Shown here one piece after another: positions 8,816 to 19,999 of a DNA stretch of 64,000 bases. Position numbers and translations under genes: made by a program. Source of the stretch: Dehalococcoidia bacterium (GTDB lineage: Bacteria; Chloroflexota; Dehalococcoidia; UBA2979); NCBI GenBank assembly GCA_965262725.1, contig OZ253555.1, positions 1,152,001-1,216,000 on the forward strand, written 5' to 3'. Below the pieces are notes generated by a model. The model did no database searches. It saw only the letters and a program-made list of their open reading frames with translations, and was not told where the DNA came from. Within the stretch, counting starts at the first letter, position 1. Each line of letters begins with the position of its first letter.

Positions 8816-11152
8816 TCAGCGCGGAAGCGGGGGCACTTCCGGTGCTCCGCGCGCGCCCGCGAGCTCGGCGCGGACGACGCGGGCCGCCTCGACCATGTTC
8901 CTGAGGGCTGGTTCCGTCTCTTCGTAGCGGCGTGTCTTGAGCCCGCAGTCGGGGTTGACCCACAGCAGGGGCGCCCGTAGTGCCGCGGCCGCCTCGCGAA
9001 GCCGCTGTGCCATCTCACCGGTGGGCGGCACGCGCGGCGAGTGGATGTCGTATACGCCGGGGCCGATCCCCTTGTGATACGCGTGCTCCCGGAAGACTCG
9101 CAGTAGCTCCGCGCCGGAGCGCGCGTTCTCGATCGAGATCACGTCCGCGTCGAGATCGGAGATCGCCTCGATGATGTCGTTGAACTCGGCATAGCACATG
9201 TGCGTGTGTATCTGCGTCTCGTCGGCGACGCCGGACGTCGCGAGCCGGAAGCACGCGACGGCCCACGCTAGGTACGAGGTCCAGTCGTCGCGGCGCAGGG
9301 GCAACCCCTCGCGCAGGGCGGGTTCGTCGATCTGGATCACGGAGATGCCGGCCGCCTCCAGCGCCACTGTCTCGTCGCGAATCGCCAGGGCGATCTGGCG
9401 GCAGGTCTCGGAGCGCGGCTGGTCGTCGCGCACGAACGACCAGTTGAGAATAGTGACCGGCCCGGTCAGCATCCCCTTCACGGGCCGGTCGGTCAGAGAC
9501 TGCGCGTAGCGCGACCATCGAACGGTCATCGCTCCGGGGCGTGCGACGTCGCCGTAGATGATCGGCGGCTTGACGTAGCGCGAGCCGTAGGACTGCACCC
9601 AGCCGGATCGCGTGAACGCGAACCCCTCGAGCTCCCGTCCGAAGTGCTCGACCATGTCGCCGCGCTCGGGTTCGCCGTGGACGAGCACGTCGAGCCCGAT
9701 CTCCTCCTGTAACCGGATCACTCGCTCGATCGTGGACTCGATCACGCTCTCGTAGGCCGACTCGTCGAGGTCGCCGGCGTCGCGCTCCCGTCGAGCACGT
9801 CGGAGCTCCGGCGTCTGCGGGAAGGAACCGATGGTGGTGGTCGGGAGGAGGGGAAGCCCGAGGCGCTGCTGCTGAATGGCCCGGCGCTCGGCACCGGGCG
9901 TGGCGCGCCTGTACGCCGCATTCCCGGTCGCGGCGACTCGCTCGCGCACGGTCGATTCGCGTGCGCGGAGCGCGGCCCGCCGGGCGGCGGCGATGCGCTC
10001 GCTCTCGGCGAGTCGCGTCGCCACCTCCTCGTCGTCCGGGTCGTCGACGGCGCGGGCTAGCGTCGCGACCTCCTCGATCTTCTGATCGGCGAAGGCGAGC
10101 CACGGGCGCAGCTCCTCGTCGAGCCGATCCTCGCGCATCGCATCCATCGGGACGTGGAGCAGGGAGCACGAGCTCCCGACGATGAGCCGATCCTTCCCGA
10201 CCACGGCTCGGAGCTCGCGCAGCTCGGCGAGCGCCGCACGGAGGTCGGTGCGCCAGATGTTGCGCCCGTCGACGACGCCGGCGACGAGGTGCTTGCCTGC
10301 GAGCCCGTGGCGCCGCACCAGCTCGGTGTTGCGCCGGCCCCGCCTCAGGTCGAGGCCGATCGCCGCTACCGGAAGCCCGCGCAGTGTGTGGAAGGCCTCG
10401 CCCACGTCGCCGAAATACGTCTGCACCAGAAGGCCGGCGTCGCCGCTCGCGGGCGCGAGCGCCTGGTAGGCGTCGCCCAGTGCAGCGAGCTCGCGCGGGT
10501 CACGGTCCTGCACCAGAACCGGCTCGTCGAGCTGCACCCAGATGGCGCCCGCCGCGGTCAGCGCGCGCAGCACCTCGGCGTAGACCTCCGCGAGTGCCGG
10601 CAGCAGGGAAAGGCGGTCGAAGCCCGGATCGTCCGGCGATTTCGCCAACAGCAGGAAGGAGAGCGGACCCAGCAGGACTGGCACGGTCTCTATTCCGGCC
10701 TCGCGTGCCTCCCGGTACTCGTCGAGTGGCTTCTGCGAGGCGAGGGAAAAGCGCGTCTCCGGCCCGAGCTCGGGGACGATGTAGTGGTAGTTGGTGTCGA
10801 ACCACTTCGTCATCTCCATCGCTGTGACGTCGAGGCGGTCACGCTGCGCGCCGCGCGCCATCGCGAAGTAGGTGTCGATGTCGACGCGCTCGCCATCCCA
10901 TCGATAGCGCGGTGGCACCGCCCCGACCAGAGCGGCGGTGTCGAGGACGTGGTCGTAGAGCGAGAACGTGTTCGAGGGGATGAGGTCGATGCCGGCCTCC
11001 CGCATCCGCCGCCACGCGGCGAGCCGCAGATCGCGGCCGGTCGAGAGCAGCTCGTCCTCGCTGGCCTTTCCGGCCCAGTAGCGCTCGGTTGCGCGCTTGA
11101 GCTCCCGGTCTCGGCCGATGCGTGGATAGCCTTGGACGGCGGAGGCGGTCAC
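8816..11152 (-). CDS. metE: cobalamin-independent methionine synthase
   Basis: GYPRIG, KWFDTNYHY, TTTIGSFPQT, HTHMCY and WVNPDCGLKTR. Confidence 0.97.
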   Translation of the reverse strand: MTASAVQGYPRIGRDRELKRATERYWAGKASEDELLSTGRDLRLAAWRRMREAGIDLIPSNTFSLYDHVLDTAALVGAVPPRYRWDGERVDIDTYFAMARGAQRDRLDVTAMEMTKWFDTNYHYIVPELGPETRFSLASQKPLDEYREAREAGIETVPVLLGPLSFLLLAKSPDDPGFDRLSLLPALAEVYAEVLRALTAAGAIWVQLDEPVLVQDRDPRELAALGDAYQALAPASGDAGLLVQTYFGDVGEAFHTLRGLPVAAIGLDLRRGRRNTELVRRHGLAGKHLVAGVVDGRNIWRTDLRAALAELRELRAVVGKDRLIVGSSCSLLHVPMDAMREDRLDEELRPWLAFADQKIEEVATLARAVDDPDDEEVATRLAESERIAAARRAALRARESTVRERVAATGNAAYRRATPGAERRAIQQQRLGLPLLPTTTIGSFPQTPELRRARRERDAGDLDESAYESVIESTIERVIRLQEEIGLDVLVHGEPERGDMVEHFGRELEGFAFTRSGWVQSYGSRYVKPPIIYGDVARPGAMTVRWSRYAQSLTDRPVKGMLTGPVTILNWSFVRDDQPRSETCRQIALAIRDETVALEAAGISVIQIDEPALREGLPLRRDDWTSYLAWAVACFRLATSGVADETQIHTHMCYAEFNDIIEAISDLDADVISIENARSGAELLRVFREHAYHKGIGPGVYDIHSPRVPPTGEMAQRLREAAAALRAPLLWVNPDCGLKTRRYEETEPALRNMVEAARVVRAELAGARGAPEVPPLPR

Positions 11153-11538
11153 GGGCCCGACCCCAGGCTGTTGTGCGGACTCCCGTTCGGTGCCGCGGGT
11201 CGGTCGTGCGGCGCATCGGCTTCTCGGCGGGTGGGCGGTCTCCCCTCGTCGACCGGATAGCCGACTGCCAGCGCGGCTTGCGCGGGTCCGGGGCTCTCCC
11301 CCGGTTCCGCGGGCGGCGGAACGAGCAGCACGTCGCGCAGCTCGAAGCGCTCCCCAGCGCGCGTGGCGATGCGCATCCCGCCGAGGTGGGGCAAAGCCTC
11401 CGGGTCGCCGGTGAGGAAGATGCGCACGCGCCCCCTCGCGTCCCGGCGTTGCTCCCGCGCATGGACCAGGGTGCGACGGCCGTGGATGCGGGTGGTCAGC
11501 ACCTCGTCGACGCGCGGTCGGCCCGGGCACTCTCTCAT
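11149..11538 (-). CDS. hypothetical protein
   Basis: 129-aa ORF with 4-nt stop/start overlaps to both neighbours, suggesting translational coupling. Confidence 0.55.
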   Translation of the reverse strand: MRECPGRPRVDEVLTTRIHGRRTLVHAREQRRDARGRVRIFLTGDPEALPHLGGMRIATRAGERFELRDVLLVPPPAEPGESPGPAQAALAVGYPVDEGRPPTRREADAPHDRPAAPNGSPHNSLGSGP

Positions 11539-11846
11539 GAGAGGCGGCGCGTCAGCGCGACCGCGTGGTAGACGCGCTGCACCTCGTATCCCTGGTCGTC
11601 CTGGCCCACGAGCGGCTTGATCCAGCTGACGCGGAAGCGCCGCCCGTCCGAGGTGGCGAAGACGCCCCCCTCGAGACCGCTGAAGGCGTCGGGCTCGCCG
11701 ACGAGGCGGAACAGCGCCTCATCGGCGCGAAACTCGAAGGCCGCGAGCCGCGCGCGGCGCTCCTCGCGGGCGTGCAGCTCGCGACGGCGCGGCGGTCGCT
11801 CTGTCTCGACCGTGACGAACTCGTTGATCGCGACCGGCTCGCCCAT
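11535..11846 (-). CDS. hypothetical protein
   Basis: 103-aa ORF with protein-like composition; CACGAT -10-like box 6 nt before the ATG. Confidence 0.65.
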   Translation of the reverse strand: MGEPVAINEFVTVETERPPRRRELHAREERRARLAAFEFRADEALFRLVGEPDAFSGLEGGVFATSDGRRFRVSWIKPLVGQDDQGYEVQRVYHAVALTRRLS

Positions 11847-12016
11847 GCACCCATCGTGGATCAGAGGTCAGACCGAGCGCCAGTGGCCCGGCATCCGGCG
11901 CGGGTCGCTTCTGCGGCCGTGCAGGCGCGCCGTGACGATCGGTTTCGGATCCGGGCCGGGCACGGCGCCGGTCATCTTCCGCGAGTAGGTCGCCGCGACC
12001 CGGATGGGAGCGACGC

Positions 12017-15000
12017 CTAGCTGCATCCGCTTGTGGAGCCGCAACTCATGCACTTCAGGCACGTGCCGTTGCGCACCATCATCATCTGGCCGCACTCATC
12101 GCAGGGATCCCCCTCGAAACCCTGCTGCCGAGCCCGTGCGACCGCCTCGTAGCTCCCCTTGACGGCCTCCGCCACGGTGACGCGCGCGATCACGGGCGCG
12201 TTCACGTGCTCGCCGTCGCGACCCCGGGAGATGATCGCGGCCGCCGGGAGGCCTTCGCGGAGAGCCGGTTGATCGGCAATCGCTGCCGCCTCGACCCGAC
12301 CGGGCGGCATGGGCGAGGGCTCCTCCTCCACCTCGGCGGTCGAGCCCGAGTCGAGATCGATGGGGCCGAAGTGCGCGAGGTCGTCCCGTTCGAGGTAGCT
12401 GATGCCCAGCTCTCGGAAGACGTAGTCGATGATCGACGTTGCCATCTGGATCCGGTCGTGCCCGGTGACGATGCCGTTCGGCTCGAATTTCGTGAAGACG
12501 AACGAGTCGACGTAGGCGGACAGCGGCACGCCGTGCTGCAGCCCGATCGAGACCGCGATGGCGAAACAGTTCATCAGCGAGCGGAACGCCGCCCCGTCCT
12601 TCGACATGGAGATGAACAGCTCGCCGAGCCGGGGCCGTCCGGTGTCAGGATCGTTCGACTCGAAGTGGCCGGTGTGCAGGTAGATGGTGTGCCCGCCGAC
12701 CTTGGCCTTCTGTGCATAGCCGTTGCGCCGTGACGGGAGCGGTTCGCGGCTGCCGCGGCCGAGCGCCCGTTCGGTCGCGGGGGTGAGGCCGCGCTCGGCG
12801 CGGTGCGCGAGGTGGCCCGCCACCGCGAGCACCCGGTCTGGCGCACTCGCGGCCGCCAGCTCGTCGAGCATCTCGGCGATCACGTCTTCGGTCTCGGTGT
12901 CGAACGTGTCGGCGGCCTCGAAGAGCGCCGCGGCGAGCGGCTGCGACAGCTTCGAGCCGTCACGATAGAGCGCGATCGCCTTCAGCATCGACTCGGCGGA
13001 GGCCATATAGACCTGCTTCACGTCGTCGACGGTGGCCGAGTTCGGCATGTTGATCGTCTTGCTGATCGCCCCGGAAAGGAACGGTTGCGCCGCCGCCATG
13101 ATCCGGACGTGCGCCATTGGTTCGATGTAGCGCGTGCCGTAGCGCCCGCAGGTGGTCGCGCAATCGAAGACCGGGTAGTCCTTCTCGCGCAGATGCGGAG
13201 CTCCCTCGATCGTCATGCGGCCGAGGATGTGGTCGTTGGCGGCCTCGACCTGTCGCTCGTCGAAGCCCAGCGCCGTCAGCATGTCGAAGTCCGGGTCGTC
13301 GAGCTCTTCCTCCGGGATTCCCAGCACATCCGCGCAGAGCTGCTCACCCAGCGTGTACCGGTTGAAGACGAAGCGGATGTGGAAGGCCGTGCGGAGTGCC
13401 TCGTCGATGCGGTCGAGCGCGGGCTGCGTCAGCCCGGCCTGCGCCAGGGTGTGGCGGTTGATGAAGGGGGCACCCTCCAGCCGGCTCGTGCCGGCGCAGT
13501 AGTCGATAATCTCATCGATCTGCTCGCGCCGGTACCCGAGGCGGGCGAGCGCCCGCGGCACCGCGTGATTGATGATGCGGAAGTAGCCGCCGCCCGCGAG
13601 CTTCTTGAACTTCACGAGCGCGAAGTCCGGCTCGACTCCGGTCGTGTCGCAGTCCATCAGCAGGCCGATGGTCCCGGTGGGAGCGATCAACGTGGCCTGC
13701 GCGTTGCGGTAGCCGTGCGCCTCGCCGAGTCGAACCGCGCGGTCCCATGAACTGCGAGCCGCGGCCAGTAGATCGGGCGGGCACGTGCTCTCGTCGAGGG
13801 GAGCCGGCAAGACGGAGAGACCCTCGTATTCGTCGGCAGGAACGGCGTAGGCCGCGCGCCGGTGGTTGTGCACCACGCGCAGCATCGCGGCGCGGTTCTC
13901 GGCGAATCGCGCGAACGGGCCAAGGTCGGCCGCCAGCTCCGCCGACGCCGCGTAGGAGGTGCCGGTGAGGATCGCAGAGAGCGCCCCGGTCCACGCGAGT
14001 GCCTCCGGGGAGTCGTACGGGATGCCCTGCACCATCAGCAGCGCGCCAATGTTGGCGTAGCCGAGGCCCAGGGTGCGGTAGTCGTAGGAGCGCTGAGCGA
14101 TCTCGCGGCTGGGGAACTGCGCCATCAGGACGGAGATCTCAAGGACGATCGTCCACAGCCGCGCGGCGTGTTCGTACGCCTTGGTGTCGAAGACACCCGT
14201 CTCCTCGTCAAGGAACGGGAGGAGGTTGAGGGAGGCGAGGTTGCATGCCGTGTCGTCGAGGAACATGTACTCGGAGCAGGGGTTGGAGCCGTTGATGCGC
14301 CCCCCGGCCGGCGAGGTGTGCCACTCGTTGACCGTGGTGTCGAATTGGAGCCCGGGGTCGGCGCTCTGCCACGCGGCTCGAGCGACGCGCTCCCAGAGGC
14401 TGCTTGCGGGAAGCGTGCTGGACACCGATCCGTCGGTGCGGCGCCGGAGCGACCACTCTCGCCCATCGCGAACGGCGGCGAGGAACTGTTCTGTAACCCG
14501 CACTGAGTTGTTGGAGTTTTGCCCGGAGACGCTCTGGTAGGCCTCTCCCTGCCAGTCCGTATCGAAGGTGCGGAGATCCAGTTCCTGCTCGCCCTGTTTG
14601 GCGAGCTGCAACACGCGCTGCACGTAGAGCTCGGGCACTCCGTCCCGCCGCGCCCGCCGGATGGCGCGTCTCAGGGGTCGGTTCGTCGCCGGGTCGAGCA
14701 CCAGGCCGTCGTGCTCGGTGTCGCCGTGGCGCGCCGCGTCCAAGATTGCGGCGAGGTGGCGACGCAGCACGCGCGAGCCCGCAACCATGGTCGCGACCTT
14801 GTGCTCCTCGTCGACCTTCCAGTCGATGAACTTCTCCACATCGGGGTGGTCGGCGTTGACGATCACCATCTTCGCGGCGCGGCGCGTCGTGCCGCCGGAC
14901 TTGATCGCGCCGGCGGCGCGATCCCCGATCTTCAGGAACGACATCAGCCCGGACGATCGTCCCCCGCCGGAAAGCGGCTCTTCCTCGCCACGGATCGCCG

Positions 15001-15682
15001 AGAAGTTGGATCCCGTGCCGGAGCCGTACTTGAAGACGCGTGCCTCGCGCGTCCAGAGGTCCATGATGCCGCCGTCGTTAACGAGGTCGTCCGCCACGGA
15101 CTGAATGAAGCAGGCGTGCGGCTGCGGGCGCTCGTAGGCGCTGGTGGAGCGGGCGGGCTCCCCCGACTCCAGGTCGACGTAGTGGTGGCCCTGTGGAGGT
15201 CCGGTGATCCCGTATGCCCAGTGCAGGCCGGTGTTGAACCACTGCGGCGAGTTCGGCGCCGCGCGCTGCGTGGAGAGCATGTAGCAGAGCTCGTCGTAGA
15301 AGGCGCGCGCGTCGTCCTCAGCATCGAAGTAGCCGTGTTTCCAGCCCCAGTAGGCCCAGGTCCCGGCGAGGCGGTGAAACGCCTGGCGCGCGTCGCGCTC
15401 GGCCCCGAACGAGGCACCGGGCTCCGGCTCGGAGCGCCACAGCCACTTCGGGACGCCCTCTTCCGGGATGCGGCGCACCGACTCCGGCACGCCCGCCTTC
15501 CGGAAGTACTTCTGCGCGAGGATGTCTGTTGCGACCTGTGACCACTGCGAGGGCACGTGCAGATCCGTCGCTTGGAAGACGACGGAGCCGTCTGGGTTGA
15601 CGATGCGTGAGCCCCTGTCGTCGAAGGAGACGCCCTCGTAAGGGTCGTTTCCGGCGGTGGTGAAGTGGCGGTGAATATGCAT
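12017..15682 (-). CDS. nrdJ: class II (adenosylcobalamin-dependent) ribonucleotide reductase
   Basis: [39 protein letters not shown] and a C-terminal Cys-rich tail. Confidence 0.96.
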   Translation of the reverse strand: MHIHRHFTTAGNDPYEGVSFDDRGSRIVNPDGSVVFQATDLHVPSQWSQVATDILAQKYFRKAGVPESVRRIPEEGVPKWLWRSEPEPGASFGAERDARQAFHRLAGTWAYWGWKHGYFDAEDDARAFYDELCYMLSTQRAAPNSPQWFNTGLHWAYGITGPPQGHHYVDLESGEPARSTSAYERPQPHACFIQSVADDLVNDGGIMDLWTREARVFKYGSGTGSNFSAIRGEEEPLSGGGRSSGLMSFLKIGDRAAGAIKSGGTTRRAAKMVIVNADHPDVEKFIDWKVDEEHKVATMVAGSRVLRRHLAAILDAARHGDTEHDGLVLDPATNRPLRRAIRRARRDGVPELYVQRVLQLAKQGEQELDLRTFDTDWQGEAYQSVSGQNSNNSVRVTEQFLAAVRDGREWSLRRRTDGSVSSTLPASSLWERVARAAWQSADPGLQFDTTVNEWHTSPAGGRINGSNPCSEYMFLDDTACNLASLNLLPFLDEETGVFDTKAYEHAARLWTIVLEISVLMAQFPSREIAQRSYDYRTLGLGYANIGALLMVQGIPYDSPEALAWTGALSAILTGTSYAASAELAADLGPFARFAENRAAMLRVVHNHRRAAYAVPADEYEGLSVLPAPLDESTCPPDLLAAARSSWDRAVRLGEAHGYRNAQATLIAPTGTIGLLMDCDTTGVEPDFALVKFKKLAGGGYFRIINHAVPRALARLGYRREQIDEIIDYCAGTSRLEGAPFINRHTLAQAGLTQPALDRIDEALRTAFHIRFVFNRYTLGEQLCADVLGIPEEELDDPDFDMLTALGFDERQVEAANDHILGRMTIEGAPHLREKDYPVFDCATTCGRYGTRYIEPMAHVRIMAAAQPFLSGAISKTINMPNSATVDDVKQVYMASAESMLKAIALYRDGSKLSQPLAAALFEAADTFDTETEDVIAEMLDELAAASAPDRVLAVAGHLAHRAERGLTPATERALGRGSREPLPSRRNGYAQKAKVGGHTIYLHTGHFESNDPDTGRPRLGELFISMSKDGAAFRSLMNCFAIAVSIGLQHGVPLSAYVDSFVFTKFEPNGIVTGHDRIQMATSIIDYVFRELGISYLERDDLAHFGPIDLDSGSTAEVEEEPSPMPPGRVEAAAIADQPALREGLPAAAIISRGRDGEHVNAPVIARVTVAEAVKGSYEAVARARQQGFEGDPCDECGQMMMVRNGTCLKCMSCGSTSGCS

Positions 15683-16037
15683 CGGGCGGTCCTTTGGGTG
15701 ATGCTGACTGCCGGGCCTCGCTGTGGGGTCTGCGGCATCCGCTTCGGATGGTAGTCCACCCATGCGGTCCGCTGACTAGACAGCGGGGGGGAAGGCAAGA
15801 TAGGCAGCCGGGATGGCGTTTGTCAAACGCGCCTATTCCCTTGATTCGAATCTCGTGTCTGCGCGAAATTATGTTCTGTTCTCTCACGCTATCGGATCTC
15901 GACACCGCTGCCAACGCCGGGTGTCGGCGAGGCCGACTGGGGAAGCCGGGCTCGCGCTGTGGGAGCGACGGCCCGTACCGGCTCGGCCTCTAGACGGCCT
16001 CGCGCTACGCTGTTCCGCGCGCTGAGCGAGGGTGACG

Positions 16038-16670
16038 ATGGCCGAGGTCTACTACACGTGGCGTCGGGATCCGGCGCTGCGCCACTTCGCCGAGGACTTC
16101 CGCACCATTCTTGCGGGCGGCACGCGGGGACGCGCGTTGCTCGATGCGCTGCGCGTTCCCCTCGAATGCCTGCTCGACTCGCGAGGGTGGCTCGAGGCGT
16201 CGTTCCTGCGCCCGGTTCCCGGCGATGTCGCGGCATGGGCGCTCTACCGCTCGCACGATCCCGACCTGTGCCTCTTTACGATGGTCGTGCCGCCCGGCAT
16301 GAGGACGCGTGTCCACAATCACCTGACCGATGGGTGGGTCGCTCTGCTGCAGGGTGGACAGGTGGAGCACATCTACCGCCGCACGGACGATGGCTCTCGT
16401 GCCGGCTTCGCCGAGTTGGAACGCGTCAGCGCCAACCCGGTTGCCGAGGGGGAACTGACGCCGCTGCTCCATCCTGACCTCGACATCCACGCGGTCGAAA
16501 CCACCTCCGTCGACGCGTCGGTCTCCTTACACGTGCTCGCCAACGACCTCGGGACGGTGGAACGCCAGAGCTTCGATCCCGAGGCGCACACGGTGGAGAG
16601 CTTCGTCTCGGGCTACAGCAACGTGGACGGCGGCTCCGCGATCGGGCGCACCGATCCGTCCCGGGAATAG
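16038..16670 (+). CDS. cysteine dioxygenase-family cupin
   Basis: VHNH...W, DIHAV and SVSLHV motifs. Confidence 0.8.
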   Translation: MAEVYYTWRRDPALRHFAEDFRTILAGGTRGRALLDALRVPLECLLDSRGWLEASFLRPVPGDVAAWALYRSHDPDLCLFTMVVPPGMRTRVHNHLTDGWVALLQGGQVEHIYRRTDDGSRAGFAELERVSANPVAEGELTPLLHPDLDIHAVETTSVDASVSLHVLANDLGTVERQSFDPEAHTVESFVSGYSNVDGGSAIGRTDPSRE

Positions 16671-16741
16671 CGGGGAGCGCGCCTCATGCTGATCCGCCAC
16701 CAGCCCGTCGGCCGGGCATTCGGAGGACGGGAGCGGCGCGG

Positions 16742-18118
16742 ATGACCGGCGCCACGGCCGAGGAGGGGCAAGTCGCGGGGGAGGCGAGGGCGCCGGCCCT
16801 CGACACCGCTCTGTTTGCGCAGCGGCGCGAGCGGCTGATGGCGATGCTGGGGGAGGGCGCGGCCGCCGTCTTTGTCGGTGCGAGCGAGGTGCGGCGCAAC
16901 GGCGATGTCGACTACGCGTTCCGCCAGACGTCGACCATCCACTACCTGACGGGCTTCGACGAGCCGTCCGCGGCCTGCGTGCTGCGCCCCGGCGCCGACA
17001 AGCCCTACACGCTCTTCGTGCGGCCGCGCGATGCCGACCAGGAGCTGTGGTCGGGCGCGCGTGCGGGCGTGGAGGGTGCGGTCGGCGACTTCGGAGCCGA
17101 CGCTGCGCTTCCCATCGACGAGATGGAGCACCTACTACCGGAGCTGCTCGAGGGCGCGGGTTCGCTCTACTACTCACTCGGCCCCGCGGCCGGTCTCGCC
17201 GGCCGCGTTCAGGAGTCGCTGCTCGGCGCGCTGGCTCATCGCCGCGCCGAGGCTGTGCGCGGAGAGCGCGCGATCGAGCGCGTGCTCGACCCGTTCCCGC
17301 TCGTATCGGAGCTGCGGCTCCGGAAAGACCCGGCCGAGGTGGAGGCGCTGCGGCGGGCCGTGGACATAACCGCTTTCGGTATCGCGCGAGCCATGCGCAT
17401 GGCTCGCGCGGGTGTACACGAGTACGAGGTCCAGGCGGATCTGGAGGCGGAGTACCGTCGGCGGGGATCGCCGCGGACCGCCTTCCCCTCCATCGTCGCG
17501 GCCGGCTCCAATGCGTGCACGCTCCACTATGTGGCGAACCGCGCGCGTATCGAAGATGGCGATCTCCTGCTCGTCGACACGGGCGCGGAGGTCGATTACT
17601 ACGCCGCCGACGTGACCCGGACCTTCCCTGTGGGGAGTCGGTTCTCCGCTCCCCAGCGTGCGGTCTACGAGCTGGTGCTCGCGGCTCAGCGGGCGGCGAT
17701 CGCCGCCGTCGCCCCGGGGGTGCGCTTCCAGGACGTGCACGCGGAGGCGCTGCGGACGCTCGCCGCGGGTCTTCGGGATCTGGGGCTGATCGAGGGGGAG
17801 CTCACCTCGGACGCGGGGGCCGATGCCGTGCGCGCGTACTACCCGCACGCGACATCGCATTGGCTCGGTCTGGACGTGCATGACGCCGGGCCCTACCGCG
17901 TCGGCGGGGAGTCTGTGGTGCTTGAGCCGGGCATGGTGCTGACCGTCGAGCCGGGACTCTACATGAGGCCGGATGCCGAAGACGTGCCCGCCGCGTACCG
18001 CGGGATCGGTGTTCGCATAGAGGACGACGTGCTCGTCACGGAGACGGGGCACGACGTGCTCTCCGCAGCCATCCCCTCCGACCCCGATGAGCTCGAGCGC
18101 ATGGTCGCCGGCTCGTAG
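16742..18118 (+). CDS. pepP: Xaa-Pro aminopeptidase P
   Basis: TLHY, DTGAE, DVTRTFP, HWLGLDVHD, TVEPGLY and GVRIEDD. Confidence 0.93.
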   Translation: MTGATAEEGQVAGEARAPALDTALFAQRRERLMAMLGEGAAAVFVGASEVRRNGDVDYAFRQTSTIHYLTGFDEPSAACVLRPGADKPYTLFVRPRDADQELWSGARAGVEGAVGDFGADAALPIDEMEHLLPELLEGAGSLYYSLGPAAGLAGRVQESLLGALAHRRAEAVRGERAIERVLDPFPLVSELRLRKDPAEVEALRRAVDITAFGIARAMRMARAGVHEYEVQADLEAEYRRRGSPRTAFPSIVAAGSNACTLHYVANRARIEDGDLLLVDTGAEVDYYAADVTRTFPVGSRFSAPQRAVYELVLAAQRAAIAAVAPGVRFQDVHAEALRTLAAGLRDLGLIEGELTSDAGADAVRAYYPHATSHWLGLDVHDAGPYRVGGESVVLEPGMVLTVEPGLYMRPDAEDVPAAYRGIGVRIEDDVLVTETGHDVLSAAIPSDPDELERMVAGS

Positions 18119-18126
18119 CGACGCGG

Positions 18127-18705
18127 TCAGACAGCGCGCAGCCCGTCGACGACGAGTCCGGCGCCGACGATGACCAGCAGCGCCGCGAGGAGCCTGGCGG
18201 CGGCCTCAAGCCAGAGCTCGAGCCGCCGCGGCAACGGCGCCGGAACCGCGGCCGAGGCGATCGCGGCGGCGCCGAGCGCGATCGCCGCGCCGACCAGCGT
18301 CGCGCCGGCACCGGAGCGCTCGCCGTAGGCGATCGCGGCGGCGATCACCGCGGGGCCGGCTAGGGCGGGGAAGGCGAGCGCAGAGGCGTACGCGGCCCCC
18401 GAGCGGGTGGCGAGAAGCCCCGCCTCCACCGCGCGGCCGCGCACGAGCGTGACGACGCCTGCCGCGAGCATCACGATTCCGGCGGCCAGAGCGAAGCTCG
18501 CGGCCGAGACGTCGAGCAGATCGCGCCAGCGCTCGTTGAGCAGCGCGCTGCCACCGACCAGTACGCCTGCGAGCGCCAGGGCGGGCAGCGCGAGCCTCCG
18601 TCGCCGCTCGAGGTCGGGCGCCTCGCCGCGGGTGGCCGCCAGTGTCACCGCCGGCGGGTTCACCACCGCGAGCATCGAGAGCACGAGGAGCGGCAGCGCA
18701 CTCAT
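18127..18705 (-). CDS. MarC-family membrane protein
   Basis: LAVVNP..., SFALAAGIV and LAFPALAGPA; hydrophobic throughout. Confidence 0.8.
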   Translation of the reverse strand: MSALPLLVLSMLAVVNPPAVTLAATRGEAPDLERRRRLALPALALAGVLVGGSALLNERWRDLLDVSAASFALAAGIVMLAAGVVTLVRGRAVEAGLLATRSGAAYASALAFPALAGPAVIAAAIAYGERSGAGATLVGAAIALGAAAIASAAVPAPLPRRLELWLEAAARLLAALLVIVGAGLVVDGLRAV

Positions 18706-19937
18706 CGACCGAACCGCGGGAGAGCGGCTGACACGGCCGCGAGCTGACGATCGGGCTCCCGGTGCGTGCGCCCCTCGAGCGCGTCGCCCGCGTAGAGGAG
18801 CCCGGAAAACGCGTGCTGCTGGTCGTCCATGCGTGTCTCGCCGTCGTAGAACCACGCCCCCTCCGTGAGCGCCGGGCGGGCGGCGGCGGCCGCCTCCCCT
18901 GCACCCGCCTGCCGGCGCGCGAGGATCGCTGCACCGCAGGCCAGCCGCTCCTTGATCGCCGGCTGCATGTCGGCCAGTCGCGGGTCGGCCGCAGCGAGCC
19001 GCCAGATCGCGGCCAGCCCCTCCACCAGCACGCCGAGGGAGCCGCCGGAGAGTCGGGCCGGCTTGCCGAGCACGGGTCTGAGCCCGCCCTCTTGCGCCTC
19101 CGTCCGGATCAACAGCCCGAAGCGTCCGCCAAGCGCACGCACGAAGGCCTCGTCGGCCGGTGGGGCCCACTCTGCCATCTCGGCGAGGCCGTAGGCCAGC
19201 CAGTGGTCGGGAAGTGGCGGGAAGGGGATCGCTTCGTCCTCGTCGCGCTGTTCGACGAGGTAGCGCGCCGCATCCAATGCACGCCGATCCCACCCCTCGC
19301 CCGGGAACGCCTCGTGTAGCAGGGTCAGAGCCCACAGCGCCTCGCCGGGATAGAACCTCGATGTGGCGGTTGTGTCGACCGAGTCGCCATCGAAGAGCCA
19401 GATCGCATGGAAGCCTCCATCGGGCCGCTGCATCGCGGCGATGAAGGCGCCCAGCTCACGCATCAGCGCGTCGTAGCGGTCCTCGCCGGTCGCTGCACGA
19501 CGCTCGGCCAGTGCCACCACGGCGAGACTGGTCGAACCGAGCTTGGCACGTCGCCCGTCCGGCGTCGGCAGCGCGGCCCAGCCGTTGCGATGCTTGAGGC
19601 GATCCTCAATCCACGTGACGCCCGCGTCGGCCGCGACCAGGGCGGCGGTGTGATCCAGTCGTCCGGCAGCCTGGTAGAGCGCCATCGTCACTCCGGCGTG
19701 GCGCACCTCGTTGTAGCCGGAGGAGACGAGGTCCGACTCGCGGTCGTAGCCGTAGACGTACTTCCCCCCGGGTTGCGCGGCCCGCGTCATCCATTCCGCT
19801 GCGGAGGTGGCCGCCTGCCGGATGCGCGGCAGGGCGGCGTTGCCGCACGTCTCGGCAGGCGCGATCAAGACGCGTGTCGCGACGAGCACGATGGCCCAGA
19901 AGCAGGCGACGACGATTGTCGAGCGCAGGGCGATCAT
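18702..19937 (-). CDS. membrane-anchored alpha/alpha-toroid-like hypothetical protein
   Basis: N-terminal TM, then YNEVRHAG, QRPDGGF, FYPGEALWAL and RMDDQQH. Confidence 0.7.
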   Translation of the reverse strand: MIALRSTIVVACFWAIVLVATRVLIAPAETCGNAALPRIRQAATSAAEWMTRAAQPGGKYVYGYDRESDLVSSGYNEVRHAGVTMALYQAAGRLDHTAALVAADAGVTWIEDRLKHRNGWAALPTPDGRRAKLGSTSLAVVALAERRAATGEDRYDALMRELGAFIAAMQRPDGGFHAIWLFDGDSVDTTATSRFYPGEALWALTLLHEAFPGEGWDRRALDAARYLVEQRDEDEAIPFPPLPDHWLAYGLAEMAEWAPPADEAFVRALGGRFGLLIRTEAQEGGLRPVLGKPARLSGGSLGVLVEGLAAIWRLAAADPRLADMQPAIKERLACGAAILARRQAGAGEAAAAARPALTEGAWFYDGETRMDDQQHAFSGLLYAGDALEGRTHREPDRQLAAVSAALPRFGR

Positions 19938-19999
19938 CTCGTGCACAGTGCCGACGCACGCCCGAGCGCGCAACGAGCGCCCTCCCGCGGGGCTGGGCA

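Noticed and set aside
12017-15682. Intein in the long NrdJ
   Set aside because: No intein terminal or LAGLIDADG motifs; the length is explained by the C-terminal domain.
15700-16030. Cobalamin riboswitch or NrdR box upstream of nrdJ (ACTGGGGAAG at about 15936)
   Set aside because: The motif is on the wrong strand for nrdJ, the other conserved elements are absent, and no convincing NrdR palindrome was found.
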